In this document: piece after piece, positions 30,296 through 42,214 of the stretch
Numbering within the stretch: position 1 is the first letter of the stretch
How the letters are laid out: every line of letters starts with the position of its first letter
IMG/VR virus record: IMGVR_UViG_3300030004_000009
Location: 96,001 to 160,000 of that record
Reading direction: 5' to 3' (one strand)
Length of the DNA: 64,000 nucleotides
From: a virus
Notes under the pieces: model-generated
Told to the model about the DNA's origin: nothing
Databases searched by the model: none
What the model saw: only the letters and a program-made list of their open reading frames with translations
Translations under genes and position numbers: made by a program

Positions 30296-30727
30296 TTATC
30301 CTGTTTGTTTTAATATGACTAACTTAGCTTTTTTACGTGAAGCGTCTCTAGGTTTAGCTTTAACCTGTCTTTCTCTGAATTTAGTGACCCCTTTATACAC
30401 GGCTTTAATTTGCTCATATGTGAGGTTACTTTTTATTGAATTCATTAATACTGTACAAGCTACTACATTATCGTCTGTATAGCCTTTTGAGCTGTCTACA
30501 CGATCAATTGATCGTTGAAGCATTGGTACGTTGTCCTGAAACTTAACTCCTCTATAGTAGCAAGTTTCTTGTTGCATCATTTGTTTTAAACGTTTAAATG
30601 ATAACCCAAATTCAAGATTATTAGCTTTACATTTTTCATATATTTGTCTAAGCTTCTGAGCAACACGTACGTCTATTGGAAGATTAATCTCACCACTGAG
30701 ATCATCTGTTTTAGTACTATATATCAT
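30296..30727 (-). CDS. HNH-like (His-Me finger) endonuclease-family protein
   Basis: CYYRG...RSIDRVDSSKGYTDDNVVACT..N..K. Confidence 0.65.
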   Translation of the reverse strand: MIYSTKTDDLSGEINLPIDVRVAQKLRQIYEKCKANNLEFGLSFKRLKQMMQQETCYYRGVKFQDNVPMLQRSIDRVDSSKGYTDDNVVACTVLMNSIKSNLTYEQIKAVYKGVTKFRERQVKAKPRDASRKKAKLVILKQTG

Positions 30728-31140
30728 TTTGTATTTTAAGTCATTTTAGTGAATTTTAAACGATTATTTTTTATTAGTATGTCTTAATACTACTTTGGTA
30801 TTTTTATTGAACACGCGTTAGGAAAAGTACCTCTATTGCCAAATTTTAGGTCAACTTGCATTATGAATTTTCAAACTCTTAAATTTATTTTAAAATAAAT
30901 TTGGAAATCTCGATTATTTTTTGTAAGTTCATACGCGCGCATAATAAAGGAATCATTTATTTTAGAGTAATTCAACAGTCTACCTTTTAAGAAGTAAGTA
31001 TGAATTTAGAAAAATAGAAAGATAAAGTAAAAATAGAGTAAAGATACTTAAAAGTAAATAAAACCTCTTAAAAATAGGTGTGTAATTACGCGCGCGAGGC
31101 CCGTATCATGAGTTGTAAGTCTTATTGGCTTTTTTAGCTT

Positions 31141-31614
31141 CTAAAATTTATAATTTTCAAGTAAATCTCTTGTTACACTACTTGTTTTCTCTGGTAATTC
31201 GTTGAGATCAAACCAACCATACTCAACGTGTTCTCTATTAGGAAACTCCTTAGTAATCTTTACTTTAGAGATAGCTAAATAAACTTTCATTTGATAATGA
31301 TCATCTATCATAGTTATATGTGTGTCTTTAAACACATGGATTTTAGCTCCCAACTCCTCATGACACTCACGATAGACAGCTTCTTCATTTGATTCTGAGT
31401 AAGTTATAACTTCTCTATCATTCTCATTACCAACTATGAAGTAAGAATCACCTATTTCTCTCTTTCCTCCAGGTAAACACCATTCGTTAGGAAAGAGTGG
31501 ATGAGTATCATGCCTTTTAAGAAGTAAGACTGATTTTAGATAATGATAGCGTTGATCATTTAAGTTATATGTTGGTTCCTCTTGTATTATTACAATTACT
31601 GGTGCATCTTTCAT
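31141..31614 (-). CDS. Nudix hydrolase
   Basis: WCLPGGKRE...EEAVYRECHEELG, Nudix box with an insertion. Confidence 0.8.
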   Translation of the reverse strand: MKDAPVIVIIQEEPTYNLNDQRYHYLKSVLLLKRHDTHPLFPNEWCLPGGKREIGDSYFIVGNENDREVITYSESNEEAVYRECHEELGAKIHVFKDTHITMIDDHYQMKVYLAISKVKITKEFPNREHVEYGWFDLNELPEKTSSVTRDLLENYKF

Positions 31615-33160
31615 TTTATTTTAAATTTAGTTGTAGTACCTAAAACAATCCCTGTAAACTTTCTGAATGATTCATTTCTACACCTGTTGTAGCATTTACT
31701 GTGAACCATTTGCCATCATTACAATGAATCGATATTGGTGAATATGTGTCGTTTGATTTATCGTTAAGATAAAACATCTTATATTTAAGTGGTTTATCTT
31801 TCTCATAAGTTTTTATAAGGTTTAATATTGGCTCAAGACTATAAGAAGAAAGCATAGAAACAGAAGTAAATGTAAACTCTATAAATCTATGCTTTCTACC
31901 TAATAGAATATAATTACCAAAAGTGTTAGCAAGTGATGATATACTTGTATTATCATCAATTAGAATTGTGAGTTTAAGAGCTCTCATTGTTATGTGTCAT
32001 ACTGTTTAGTTTAAATTATCTAATAATTGAATTTCATTTGATAGTCTTGTTATCTCCATATCTAACTCCTCTGTTTGTCTTTGCTTTGAATAAAAAGTTA
32101 ACTCTGTAATATCACCAAATTGAATAGTTTCTATCTCCTCTTGTAATTGTTTAATCACTATATCACTATTTGCATTTTCAATAAATTCTAGATCATATAA
32201 CAATCTCATAATTAAAGCTGGATTATGTTCTACTATTCCAAGTTTTATCCTTTTCATTAAATCATCAATTTTATTTTGTTTATTACAGTTAAAGTCTTGT
32301 ATGGCTATAAATAATTGACTCTCTAAATTAAATAAGTGATTATTTTCCACACTACTTTGTTTTTCATTTAAACTATCGAGAGCTAATTTTCTTTGTGATA
32401 ATTGTGATAACTGTAAGGTTTTTAGGTTATGAAGTCTTTTTATTTTTTCTTTAGATTTAGTGATAAATATCTCTATGTCTTCAGATGTAATTGTGATGTT
32501 TGGATTAACTATTCCTTCAAGTATTGACGTCAATAGTTGTCTCTCTAAGGTTGTCATTTTCGTTTAGTTAAGCATGTCTTCTCTTATTTCTTTTATCTAC
32601 TCTATTAATACGACGTTGGTCGTATTTACCTATACCGTGAATTGAATCATAGTAGCATTTAAAAGCTAAGTGGTATTTAAGTTTAACAAATTTATCTTTG
32701 AGAGTTCTCTTACATCCACACTGACATTTTGGGTTTCCATTGGTTGTTTCATTTTGCATAATTTAAGGATAGAGTTTTAATAGGTCTGTATACTTCCTAA
32801 GTATACGTTGTAGAACTAACCATGTGATTAAAGAGTTCTCTTTATAAGTAACTATTTCAAGTTTTTTATCTTGAATAAGAAGTATAAAGGATCTTTCACT
32901 TGTTATAATACCAACTAATAAGCTAATTATATCACGATTAAGTTGTTCAACTATGATACCACTACTAACTGTGAATTTAGAAGTTGGGTACAATTCGCGT
33001 AAGTTGGATACAATAGCTTGTATCGTTAATTGTATTAGTTTATTTTGTACTGTAATGAGATTATTCTCATCATGTTGTATAACACTACCTTGAGCATTAC
33101 TACAAATCTTTTGTTTATTCATATTATGAAGGTTAAAACTAACCTGAAATTAAAATAAAA

Positions 33161-33227
33161 GTAATAGATAGGATTTTATACCTACATCTCCAACTACAAT
33201 GTTGGACTCTAATTGAGCTACTATTAC
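33161..33227 (-). ncRNA. tRNA-like element (degenerate)
   Basis: GTAATAG/CTATTAC acceptor, TAGCTCAATTAGAG D arm, CCAAC-6nt-GTTGG arm, GTAGG-TATAAAAT-CCTAT T arm. Confidence 0.55.
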
Positions 33228-34768
33228 TTATGAAATAGTATCGTTATTCCACGATACATGACTAAAATGAGGATTAATAATCCTCCAATTGCTGCCAACT
33301 CTGGAAGAGCTATAACAGTAATTATACAACCCACTATGGAAAGTATAACTGATATAAAGAACATAGTTCTCATACATTGACTAATTTGTAATAGCTTACA
33401 CCATTACTGATTTCTGGCCCTTCTGCAACTAATAAATCGAATCGAGGCTGAGCTGCTTCAGCTACCTCTTTTGAAACAATATATAGTTTCTGAAAATTTG
33501 GGTCAGGATATGGTAATCCTTCTACTTTACTATACTCTCTACGATAGATGATTGTCATATCAATATCTACTTTCCGCTTAAGGGTAATGTTACAACGAGC
33601 ATGTCCGTTAAAAGTGAGTACTTTATACCCTAATCCGCTGTCTACTGTTATGCTACTTCCTGTGTAATTAAGGATTTGCATACGTTTTAAAATTTAAATT
33701 AACCTACTTTACTTTCGATTGGTTTCCTTATATCCCTAACATTCTCATTTTGAGAATCTGTAGGATAACTATAACCAAGTCTTTTATTCTCTTCTTCAAT
33801 AAAATTAAATAAGTCTTCTAAACAGTTATAAACTGACTGTAAATACTTATAATTTGTTGAAGTTAAACTTTTACCAGGATCTTCCGGGCCTTTTCCTGGC
33901 TCACAAAAATTAAGTTTTGTGATTACCCCATTAATGAGTGTTACCTCAAATTTGCCCTCATTGTGCCATTCAAGGCTGTTTTTTATCTCTCTATGATGTT
34001 CCATTTTTAATTGTTAATTGTTAATAAAAATAGAGGTTACACCTTGCGTTTGTCCCTCTATTAACCTAAACCTAAAATTACTATAAATTGTAACAGGTGT
34101 TACAAAGTCTTTAATCATAGACTACAAAATATGAGTCTAATAGTTGTTTACTCTTTGGAAGTTGTTTATATTTTATATTGTTACCTTTAGGAACTATTGT
34201 CTCAATCACATGAACCATGTGTTTAGTTGTTTGTCCTAATAAGTGATAATCATACATTACTTTAACTGCTGTATTTCTATTTGAAGTTGAAAATTGTTCA
34301 TCTACATTATACAAAATTTGCAGTAACTTATCTTCAAATGGATCAAGTGTCGCTTTTTCAGTTGTTTGTATGTTGCTATCACCTTTTTTATTATAATCCT
34401 GACTACTAATGGTTGAGATTAATTTAGGTAGACTAGCATTTAAAGTGTTAAGTGCATAAGTTGAGTTATACTTTGAAAGTTTATCTAATACAGGAATATC
34501 AAGTTTGATATTCTCAAGTAGTATTGTTTCGTTTATATAAATGTTCTGTAATGCTGCTAACTGTTTCTCTGTAATACTTCTGAACTTATAAAGATAAGTT
34601 AGAAGATCGATAGTAAACTCTTTAATAGATTGTGCTTTATTTGAATATAGAATACATGCAATCTTTAATAAGATCCATGCATTACTTCTATTTTTATTTT
34701 GAATGTCTTTAAGAGTATATCTTTTTGGGCGTGTTATTGTTTCCATAATGTTTATTTGATTTTAGTAA

Positions 34769-35270
34769 AGCTAAGGGCTGGTAATCGCAACCGCCGAGAA
34801 ATAAATTAACACTTAAGTAATACATTTAGGTGAAACTCACTTAAGTTAAATCAATCATTCAATCTCTGTTTAGAATTCTTATTTCTCTACCTGACTGGTC
34901 TGTGTCTTAGCTATTTCTTTAAACTTACTTGTAAAGCATTCTGGTTGCCGCACTCTGAGTGCTAAGTTAGCTCAGTTGACAAATTCCATCTTATTTAACC
35001 CGTCTCCTGGCGGTATGGGTACTTTACCTATAAGTTTTGTAGCCTACAGAGATTTGATACTCCACCTTCGTCTGATGATTTTTTGTAGACGACGCACTCA
35101 ATTATGCTAATAGGCTATGTTAATACTATCTTTGTTTCATGGCAATTTCCTTTAATAGTAATCACAATTGTAGATCTCCTACAACATCATACGATAGTAA
35201 TTCTTTAGCTAACGCGCCCTCTCGTTAGCAATTTTAATAACTGTATATATAAGTGTAACTGTTACACCTA
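34769..35270 (-). ncRNA. Run of closed structured RNA domains
   Basis: Terminal stems at 34769-34912, 34921-35037, 35039-35118, 35124-35199 and 35208-35229; no ORF in track. Confidence 0.45.
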
Positions 35271-35308
35271 ATAATATAAGCAATAAAGTTCCCATAAATT
35301 AGACGTTA

Positions 35309-35692
35309 TCATTCCAAAGCTTTTAACCTAGCTTCAATTTCCTCAACCGTAAGATCATTAAGCTTATCCTCATGTCTCTTAGCTAGGAGTTCCTTAAGTT
35401 TAGTTGCCTCTTGTTGTTTGACAGTCTTAGCTAACTTATCATTAGCTTCAGCTTGTTTAGTTTCAACAATGAACTTTAGGATATCAAGCTTGATATCAAG
35501 TTCAGTATTGGCACTTGTTTTCTTCTCTAAGAGTGATTTCTTAGAGGTTTTATCTTTTTCATCGCTTAATACTATATAAATAGCATCTAAGCTTGTAAGA
35601 GATAGACTCCACAAATCTTCTGTTGTAAGAAGACCTTTAGAGGAAGCAAAGCGTAATTTCTCACGCGATGCTGTAATAAATAATTGTTCCAT
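35309..35692 (-). CDS. Conserved phage protein, partner of 35696..37753
   Basis: LF..ASR.KLRF.S.KG.LT.EDLW.L.L..LD; helical. Confidence 0.65.
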   Translation of the reverse strand: MEQLFITASREKLRFASSKGLLTTEDLWSLSLTSLDAIYIVLSDEKDKTSKKSLLEKKTSANTELDIKLDILKFIVETKQAEANDKLAKTVKQQEATKLKELLAKRHEDKLNDLTVEEIEARLKALE

Positions 35693-35695
35693 GAT

Positions 35696-37753
35696 TTAAA
35701 AGTTGATTTTTAAGTTACGTTTGAAAGATCCTGAGACCCTTGCTATAATTGTATTCTGTTGTGTTTCAGAGAAGCCTACACCTGATAACTGGTGTTCATT
35801 AAATTGTATTTTAAGTTTAGAAGCCATCACTTCGAGAACCTTACGATTCTCGTTAAGTTTATTATTTAAAAACTCATTGTAAAATGGCCGTACTTCCTCG
35901 TTATTTACCGCTCCTTCAAGTATAAAGATGAAATGTTTATTACCAGTTTTAAGGGTATTTTCCCAATGGTTTGGAGATAACATAATACTTTTCACTTTAG
36001 TAAAGATATTAGTCTTTACTCCCCATTTCTCTTTAGAAGAAATATTCGAGTTAGTTGGTAATGATGGTTTGATAGTAAAGACACCTTGGTTAAGATTTAC
36101 CACTGCAATATCCATTCTACCTAACACACGTGTGTTATGATGAAAGTTATATATCTCACCATTAAACTCAACTTGTGCTTTAAAACCTGTATTCATTAAA
36201 CCATTATAGTTAACGATAGATAGTTTATAATTACCATCCTTCATCATATTGATATTGCTCCAGGTAATATTTTCAACTCTTACTTCTGGTTCATTAGAAT
36301 GACCCCTCATATCAACATCAAGATTACCAGACATGCTTGATTTACTAATTCCTTTATAAGAACTATAATAAATCTCAGTACCATTAGGTTCAATAGCGTG
36401 AGCATCAAAGTCAGGAGTTCCTTTAGTATCTTCATCATTCCATTGAATTGAAAATCTTAAGACACCACTAACATCACCACCAGCAGACTTTACACGCTCT
36501 TTCATTGAGTCAGCAATTCCACCAACATAAGACCATGAAAATGGATTGTCCCATTTAAACATTGATGGTGATTTAGGATTAACTGCTGTAATTAAACTAA
36601 TAAGGTTACTAAAGTGTGGCTGTTCAAGTAGAAGTTCAATAGTCTTAGCAGTTGGTACTACTTCTGTAAGGAACTTCTCAATTGTAATTTCTTCAACTTT
36701 CGATAAAGTCTTAGGATTAACCAAACTTGTTTTCTGTAAGTCACCAAAAATGTCACTTACCTCAGTACTACGATCTGTAAAGACAATATCATTAACACTT
36801 ATGTCAGTTGATACTGCAAAACGCCGATCAAGAGATTCAAGATAACCAAGCTCCTCTATTTTCTTCTTTGCTTCTTCTATCATTCGAGGAGTAATAGCTG
36901 CAGTCGGTCTTTTGTAGTTCGTAGGTGCAACCTTCTTCTCATAACGTGGCAAAGCGTCATCAATCTCAATACCAACACTTAAATCTTCAAGGAATGTACC
37001 GATAACTGAACCTCTTATGTTGTTAAGATAAGGAGTTTTAAGTGAGTTTATCCATACAAACTCATCTTTACCGGTAGTTAATTGGTCGTATGACCTTTTA
37101 AGAAGTAAGAATGCTTTTACCATCTCTACAAATTCAGCACCACGATAAAGTGAACCCTGTTTTGTAAGCTCAATCATTGTTTCAAGTGAATCAATAGTAA
37201 ACTCATCAAGTGCACGCTTAAGTGTTTGCTTACCTGTACGAAGGATACCTGCTTTTGAATCACGATCTTTCGCAGCTGTTAACGGTACATTACCAAGTTC
37301 TAACGAGAAATGCTGCCAATAAATCTTCTTTTCAGGATCAAAGTTCTTAGGTGTACCAACGATTCTTGACTCAGGAAGAAATACATCTGTAATTGGAAGT
37401 GATTCAATATAATCATTAACTAATGATATACTGTTCTCATACTCTTCTTCTATACCTCCAATGTTAAAATACCATAAACCTTGAGATTTATAGTTTTTGT
37501 CAATAAAACAGATACCGCTAAATTGACGTAAGAATGACTTACAACAATTACAGTTATTAGACTGTCTTATTACATCATTTTCAAACCCACTTAAGTAGAG
37601 TTCATACACTTTTTCTCGATCAACATTCTTATAAAAGATATGTTGCTCACCTTTAGCAAGCTGATTGTAGCGTTGCTGGACTAAATTTTTAACTTCACTA
37701 AACATAATTTGATCTTTTACAGGCGCACAATACCTGATTTGTTTAAAATACAA
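35696..37753 (-). CDS. Large conserved phage protein with CNCC motif and YfaP/DUF2135-like domain
   Basis: NCNCCKSF; LRFSIQWND..DFDAH..EPNG..IYY...LDVD...VENITW; start possibly at MFSEV. Confidence 0.65.
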   Translation of the reverse strand: MYFKQIRYCAPVKDQIMFSEVKNLVQQRYNQLAKGEQHIFYKNVDREKVYELYLSGFENDVIRQSNNCNCCKSFLRQFSGICFIDKNYKSQGLWYFNIGGIEEEYENSISLVNDYIESLPITDVFLPESRIVGTPKNFDPEKKIYWQHFSLELGNVPLTAAKDRDSKAGILRTGKQTLKRALDEFTIDSLETMIELTKQGSLYRGAEFVEMVKAFLLLKRSYDQLTTGKDEFVWINSLKTPYLNNIRGSVIGTFLEDLSVGIEIDDALPRYEKKVAPTNYKRPTAAITPRMIEEAKKKIEELGYLESLDRRFAVSTDISVNDIVFTDRSTEVSDIFGDLQKTSLVNPKTLSKVEEITIEKFLTEVVPTAKTIELLLEQPHFSNLISLITAVNPKSPSMFKWDNPFSWSYVGGIADSMKERVKSAGGDVSGVLRFSIQWNDEDTKGTPDFDAHAIEPNGTEIYYSSYKGISKSSMSGNLDVDMRGHSNEPEVRVENITWSNINMMKDGNYKLSIVNYNGLMNTGFKAQVEFNGEIYNFHHNTRVLGRMDIAVVNLNQGVFTIKPSLPTNSNISSKEKWGVKTNIFTKVKSIMLSPNHWENTLKTGNKHFIFILEGAVNNEEVRPFYNEFLNNKLNENRKVLEVMASKLKIQFNEHQLSGVGFSETQQNTIIARVSGSFKRNLKINF

Positions 37754-37778
37754 TCTTTATATGCTCTCAGATTGTTTG

Positions 37779-37880
37779 TGTATGCAGAAGGATACGATCC
37801 TTCGATCCCGTGAGGAAGGAGTAACTTATGAACTCGTCAATTGTTAACTCGTACGGTGCCCAACACCGCCTTGCGATACA
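37779..37880 (-). ncRNA. tRNA-like element with tRNA-Sec-like architecture
   Basis: 8-bp bulged acceptor TGTAT(C)GCA/TGCATACA, 6-bp D stem GCGGTG/CACCGT, variable hairpin, GAAGG-ATCGTAT-CCTTC T arm; abnormal anticodon arm. Confidence 0.55.
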
Positions 37881-38066
37881 TTTAATAAGTAGTAGTTATA
37901 CAGTAGAAACACCGATCAGCATTTAGATTATAAGTGAGCAGGATACTGATCCTCGAGGAATTTACCAGCTTCAGAGACTCATAACCAGCATTACCTTGTA
38001 CTTAGATTAACGGCTACTTAGCTATTACTACTGCTTTCCTACTATTTCTTTTTGATTGTTTTGAAG

Positions 38067-38483
38067 TGGAGTGTATGGGATTCGAACCCATGTCTTACTC
38101 ATCATTATAAAGCTTTCTACATGTTTAACTCAATTTTTATCGATAGTAGAGTTCCATCTATTTAGTTTTACATTCTAACAAATGTTTAAAAGCTTCTATT
38201 ACATTGCAGCTTAAATTAACTTTACATATTCCGCGTTTGGCCATAATTGTATGTTCAACTATCTGATTACACAGCCTAAGATCAGTATACTTTAACCCCA
38301 GATTAAGGGTCCACTATAACACTTTGTGTTAAGCTGCAATCCTCATAGAGGAAGTCCGGCTTGTCATGGAGATAACTTTACAGTTGCCATTTGAAATTTT
38401 GAAAGTTCTATTTAAAGTGGTCTCCTCACAACCCACTACATGCTTACTTTACTCTGTACGAGCAATCAATACCTGCACACCCC
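38067..38483 (-). ncRNA. ssrA: tmRNA; tag peptide (A)GNCKVISMTSRTSSMRIAA at 38388-38329
   Basis: GGGGTGT/ACACTCC-A acceptor with G3-U70; ATGGG-TTCGAAT-CCCAT T arm; TATTGA D-loop; resume context TCAAAT-GGC; tag ends IAA-stop. Confidence 0.92.
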
Positions 38484-41400
38484 ATGTAGTTTAAAAGTAA
38501 CCACTTATACCAGTGGTTGTTGGTCCGTTTCTTATTCTAACCGTAGAAAGTAATCATCAACGAGTTTCCCATTATATTTATAATTCTCAGTTGGGTCTGG
38601 CCAGTAGCTTACTGGATAGCGCATGCAGCTTCTTTTTAAATCATCACATATTCTCCATCAGGTCCTCTAACTGGAATATAATTAGACTGCTCTTTAGGTT
38701 CTTCAAGTAACTCTGGAAACACTTCTTCTAACCATTCGTTAAAGTACTCTCTATCAATACTAAGAGGATAAACTTCTTTACCTGCTTCTCTTGATATGCC
38801 TTTCATGTAAGCCTCCCACATTGCAGTTCTTATTTCTTCATTCGTCATACTTACTTTGCTTTATCATTTGTTTGTATAAACTTTCAAACTTTATTCTCCT
38901 AACTTCTAACCATTGTGAATACTCTTGTTCTTCATTGAGTTTACCATTAGAACCAGCTTGATAAAATTGCCACATAAGTTCTTTTAAAACCTCTCCTATT
39001 TCTATCATTTGTTATTTCATAAAAGGTTTAAAGATCTCTACCATTAACCATACATAAAGCACTGACACCAACAGTTTGAAAACAGTAATTACCACTATTT
39101 CTTTTATTTTGTTGTTAGGCTGTTTCATTTCTATAATTTTTAAACCATTCATCAAAATATTTAGTGACATCTCCAGTAGTATCAGTGACTAACTTTAAAC
39201 CTGCTTTATAAGCTTCTCGTAATAGCTCTATATACTCTAAATCTGAAACTTTGTAAACCTCATTGTAAAGATCAACAGGTATAAAATAAGCTGATAAACC
39301 TATCTCATCATGACCTTCAAGTTCCATACCAAGTATACATTCATTAAAGCGCTCGTGTTCCATGAAATCCTGACTTTCAGGCCATAGAACTAATTTATAT
39401 GTATTTGACATTTTTTGTTTTAATTAATAGTTAAAGAGCATCTTACATAACAGAATACCTATTAAAATATCTTTTATGGCTCATTATGACGGATAGCTCT
39501 TTAACTTGATTTATAGTAAACTTAAAAATAAGGGTCATCATTCACTGAATAAATATCGTCAATTGGGAATTCTTCACCTGTTGTAGCAATTGCTACTATC
39601 TCTCCATCAAGACCTAAGTGACAGCTATTAAATAGTAAAGGATAGTCAAAATGAAAGACAATTAGTTTATCACCTTCTTGTAATATCATCTCAACATCTC
39701 CTGTTCTATGTAGCTTAAAGCTACAGGTTTTGAAGTTGGTTGAATGTCATGAAAGCTAACTGTACAATTAGTCAGTTTTGAAGCATGATGTACAAACTGG
39801 TCTTTAGAGAGCTTTTCGTGTTGTTCTTCGCTTATGGTGAACACTTTGTTTCCATAAGCAGGAATGATAAAATATAACATGATCTCATTTATTTGGTTTT
39901 AAGTTTAATTAATAGTTTAATTAGGTAATTCAACCCAGAATTTCTTATTACAATTAGGACAATGATATTGTACAAAGTCACCATCAGCAACTCCACCACC
40001 TTTACCGTAGTCTTCATCTATTTCAATAGCATCTGGATGTTGCCATCTTCCTTGTTGTTCTTTATTCCAAGGATTTTCTTTAGTACATATTTGTCTTTCC
40101 ATTAGTGTTTTAGCTGATGGCTCAACAAGGAATTTGTTTACTGCCTGGTTTAATAAAAGCACCTGCTGGTATACCAGGTTTACCATTCATTGCGTTATAG
40201 TTACCCATCTTAGATGCTAACTTACGTTCTGCTTTCTTACGTCTACTTGATTTGCTCATTGTATAAAGTTAAAGTAATGTTGTTTAAGTTTATTTTTGGT
40301 TTCGTTCGATAACTCCGGTAAATGTAATAGGTTATTTAGGAAGATTTCAGGGTGTTTAGCATTACTCAAGAAGTAAACTAAATCATCCTCCATATCTTCA
40401 TCTATTACTTCTCTCATTCCACCACATTCTTGAGGATGTGCACAATGCCTTAGACCTTGTCTCTGACATGTACTACAATAGTGAAATTTCATTGTTTTTA
40501 AGTTAAGATTCCGTCGTGTATTACTTTGTCGTTATAGGTAACTCTTACCCTATCAGCGTACTGATTGAAGCTACAATATTTACCAAATCGTTCTACTGCT
40601 TCATCTTCAACACATTCAATATATCCCCAACTCTTATGATGTATGTAAGGGTAGTGTTGAATGTCCCAGTAATCAAGGATATGACGGTCATCCCGTTTTA
40701 AAAAACTACTAGGTTGACCAAAAGCTTTAATACAAGCTTCTTTAGTATTCCAGTACCAAGTAACACTGATACTAGGTAGCTTATCCCAATTAGGATGAGA
40801 ATCTTCAAACTCTTTTAAAGTGTATGCACCTGGATAATCATTATCTTTACCCCAAAAATTAATTTCTTGATCCTCAAATTCAGGACGAATTATCCAAGCA
40901 CACTTCTTAGAATGCCAATCAGTTATAGGTACTCCATCAGAATACTGATGTTGTCCATCCATTGAGTTAATGTGTACTTTCATTTAGTGTTTTGGATTAA
41001 AAGCTATAAGGTTAATAGTGCTTTTTTAAATTCTCTTTTGAACACAGTTTGTAAATCTAAACTATCTTCTCCTTCTTGTAGAATATCTGGTAATGAAGTG
41101 CCTTTTGGTACAGCTAAAATTACTTTTATTAATACATTAGGTATTTTTTGACTGTGGTAATCACCTTGTTGAACATGTTTAGTATGTCTACGTTCTTTCA
41201 TTTGGATTTCATAACTACGTTTAGTTAAAAACGATTGTACTTCTTCAATAGTGAAACTAGTTTCACTATTGACATAGCGATCTAGATAATAATCTTTACC
41301 TCTATCTTCACCAAAGTGTTCTCTGTATTGTTCTCTTGTTATCATGATTAGTTTTAATTAAAGGTGAAGCATGTTTCTCATGCCATTATAAAGATCAGGA

Positions 41401-41932
41401 TCAAGATCAGGATATAAATCCACAGTTAAGTCTTCCCACATTCTTTCGAGTTCTCTATCAGTTGGATAACTGTATATTAAGGAGTCATTATCTAAAACTG
41501 GAAGTACGTGATCATTAAATGTGTTGTGTAAGAAGTTACACAACACATGATTACCTCTCTTATGAAGCAAACTCATCGATTCTCTTATGTAGAGTTTGTT
41601 ATTGTCTCTTACATTCTTATGAGGACGAAGCCACATTATGTTATCATATTGCTTCCATGTTATATAGCTCCAATCATCATAAAATTCAAGAATACTATGA
41701 ACAAATGATTTTTGTCTAAAGTCGTAAGTCTTGAATGCTAAAACATCATAACACTTATACCAAAAGTCATGGCAATGATCTGCAAGATCAATGTCTGCAA
41801 TAAAGGATTTATCTCTTGTTGGTTGTTGTGATTGCCATACTTGATATCGTGGCGTTACTTGTTTTAGATACATGTTAGAGATCAGAGAGCTTAAAGTACT
41901 CTTGAGTGAAGACTATAGTCTAACTTTTAAAT

Positions 41933-42214
41933 TTACTCTTTAGGGAAAAGTTGCTTTTGTAAGCTAAGCAAAATCTTTACACCTGCTTCAGCTTCTTCAA
42001 GTTTATTTATGGCGTTTACAATGTCCTTTGCACTAAAAGGAGTAGCAGACTTTTCATTTTCCACCATTTGTCTTAAACTAACAACTGATCGCTCTGAAGC
42101 TAAGATGTCTGCTTGTAACTGTAGCTCTGCATCCTCCACCTGATATTGGAGTTCCAGGGATTCTTTGGCCTCCTGTGATTGTTGGAGTCTTTCTTTGTAC
42201 GATAATGTGCTCAT
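41933..42214 (-). CDS. Coiled-coil hypothetical protein
   Basis: 93 aa with an A-rich leader; overlaps the upstream gene by 137 nt. Confidence 0.6.
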   Translation of the reverse strand: MSTLSYKERLQQSQEAKESLELQYQVEDAELQLQADILASERSVVSLRQMVENEKSATPFSAKDIVNAINKLEEAEAGVKILLSLQKQLFPKE

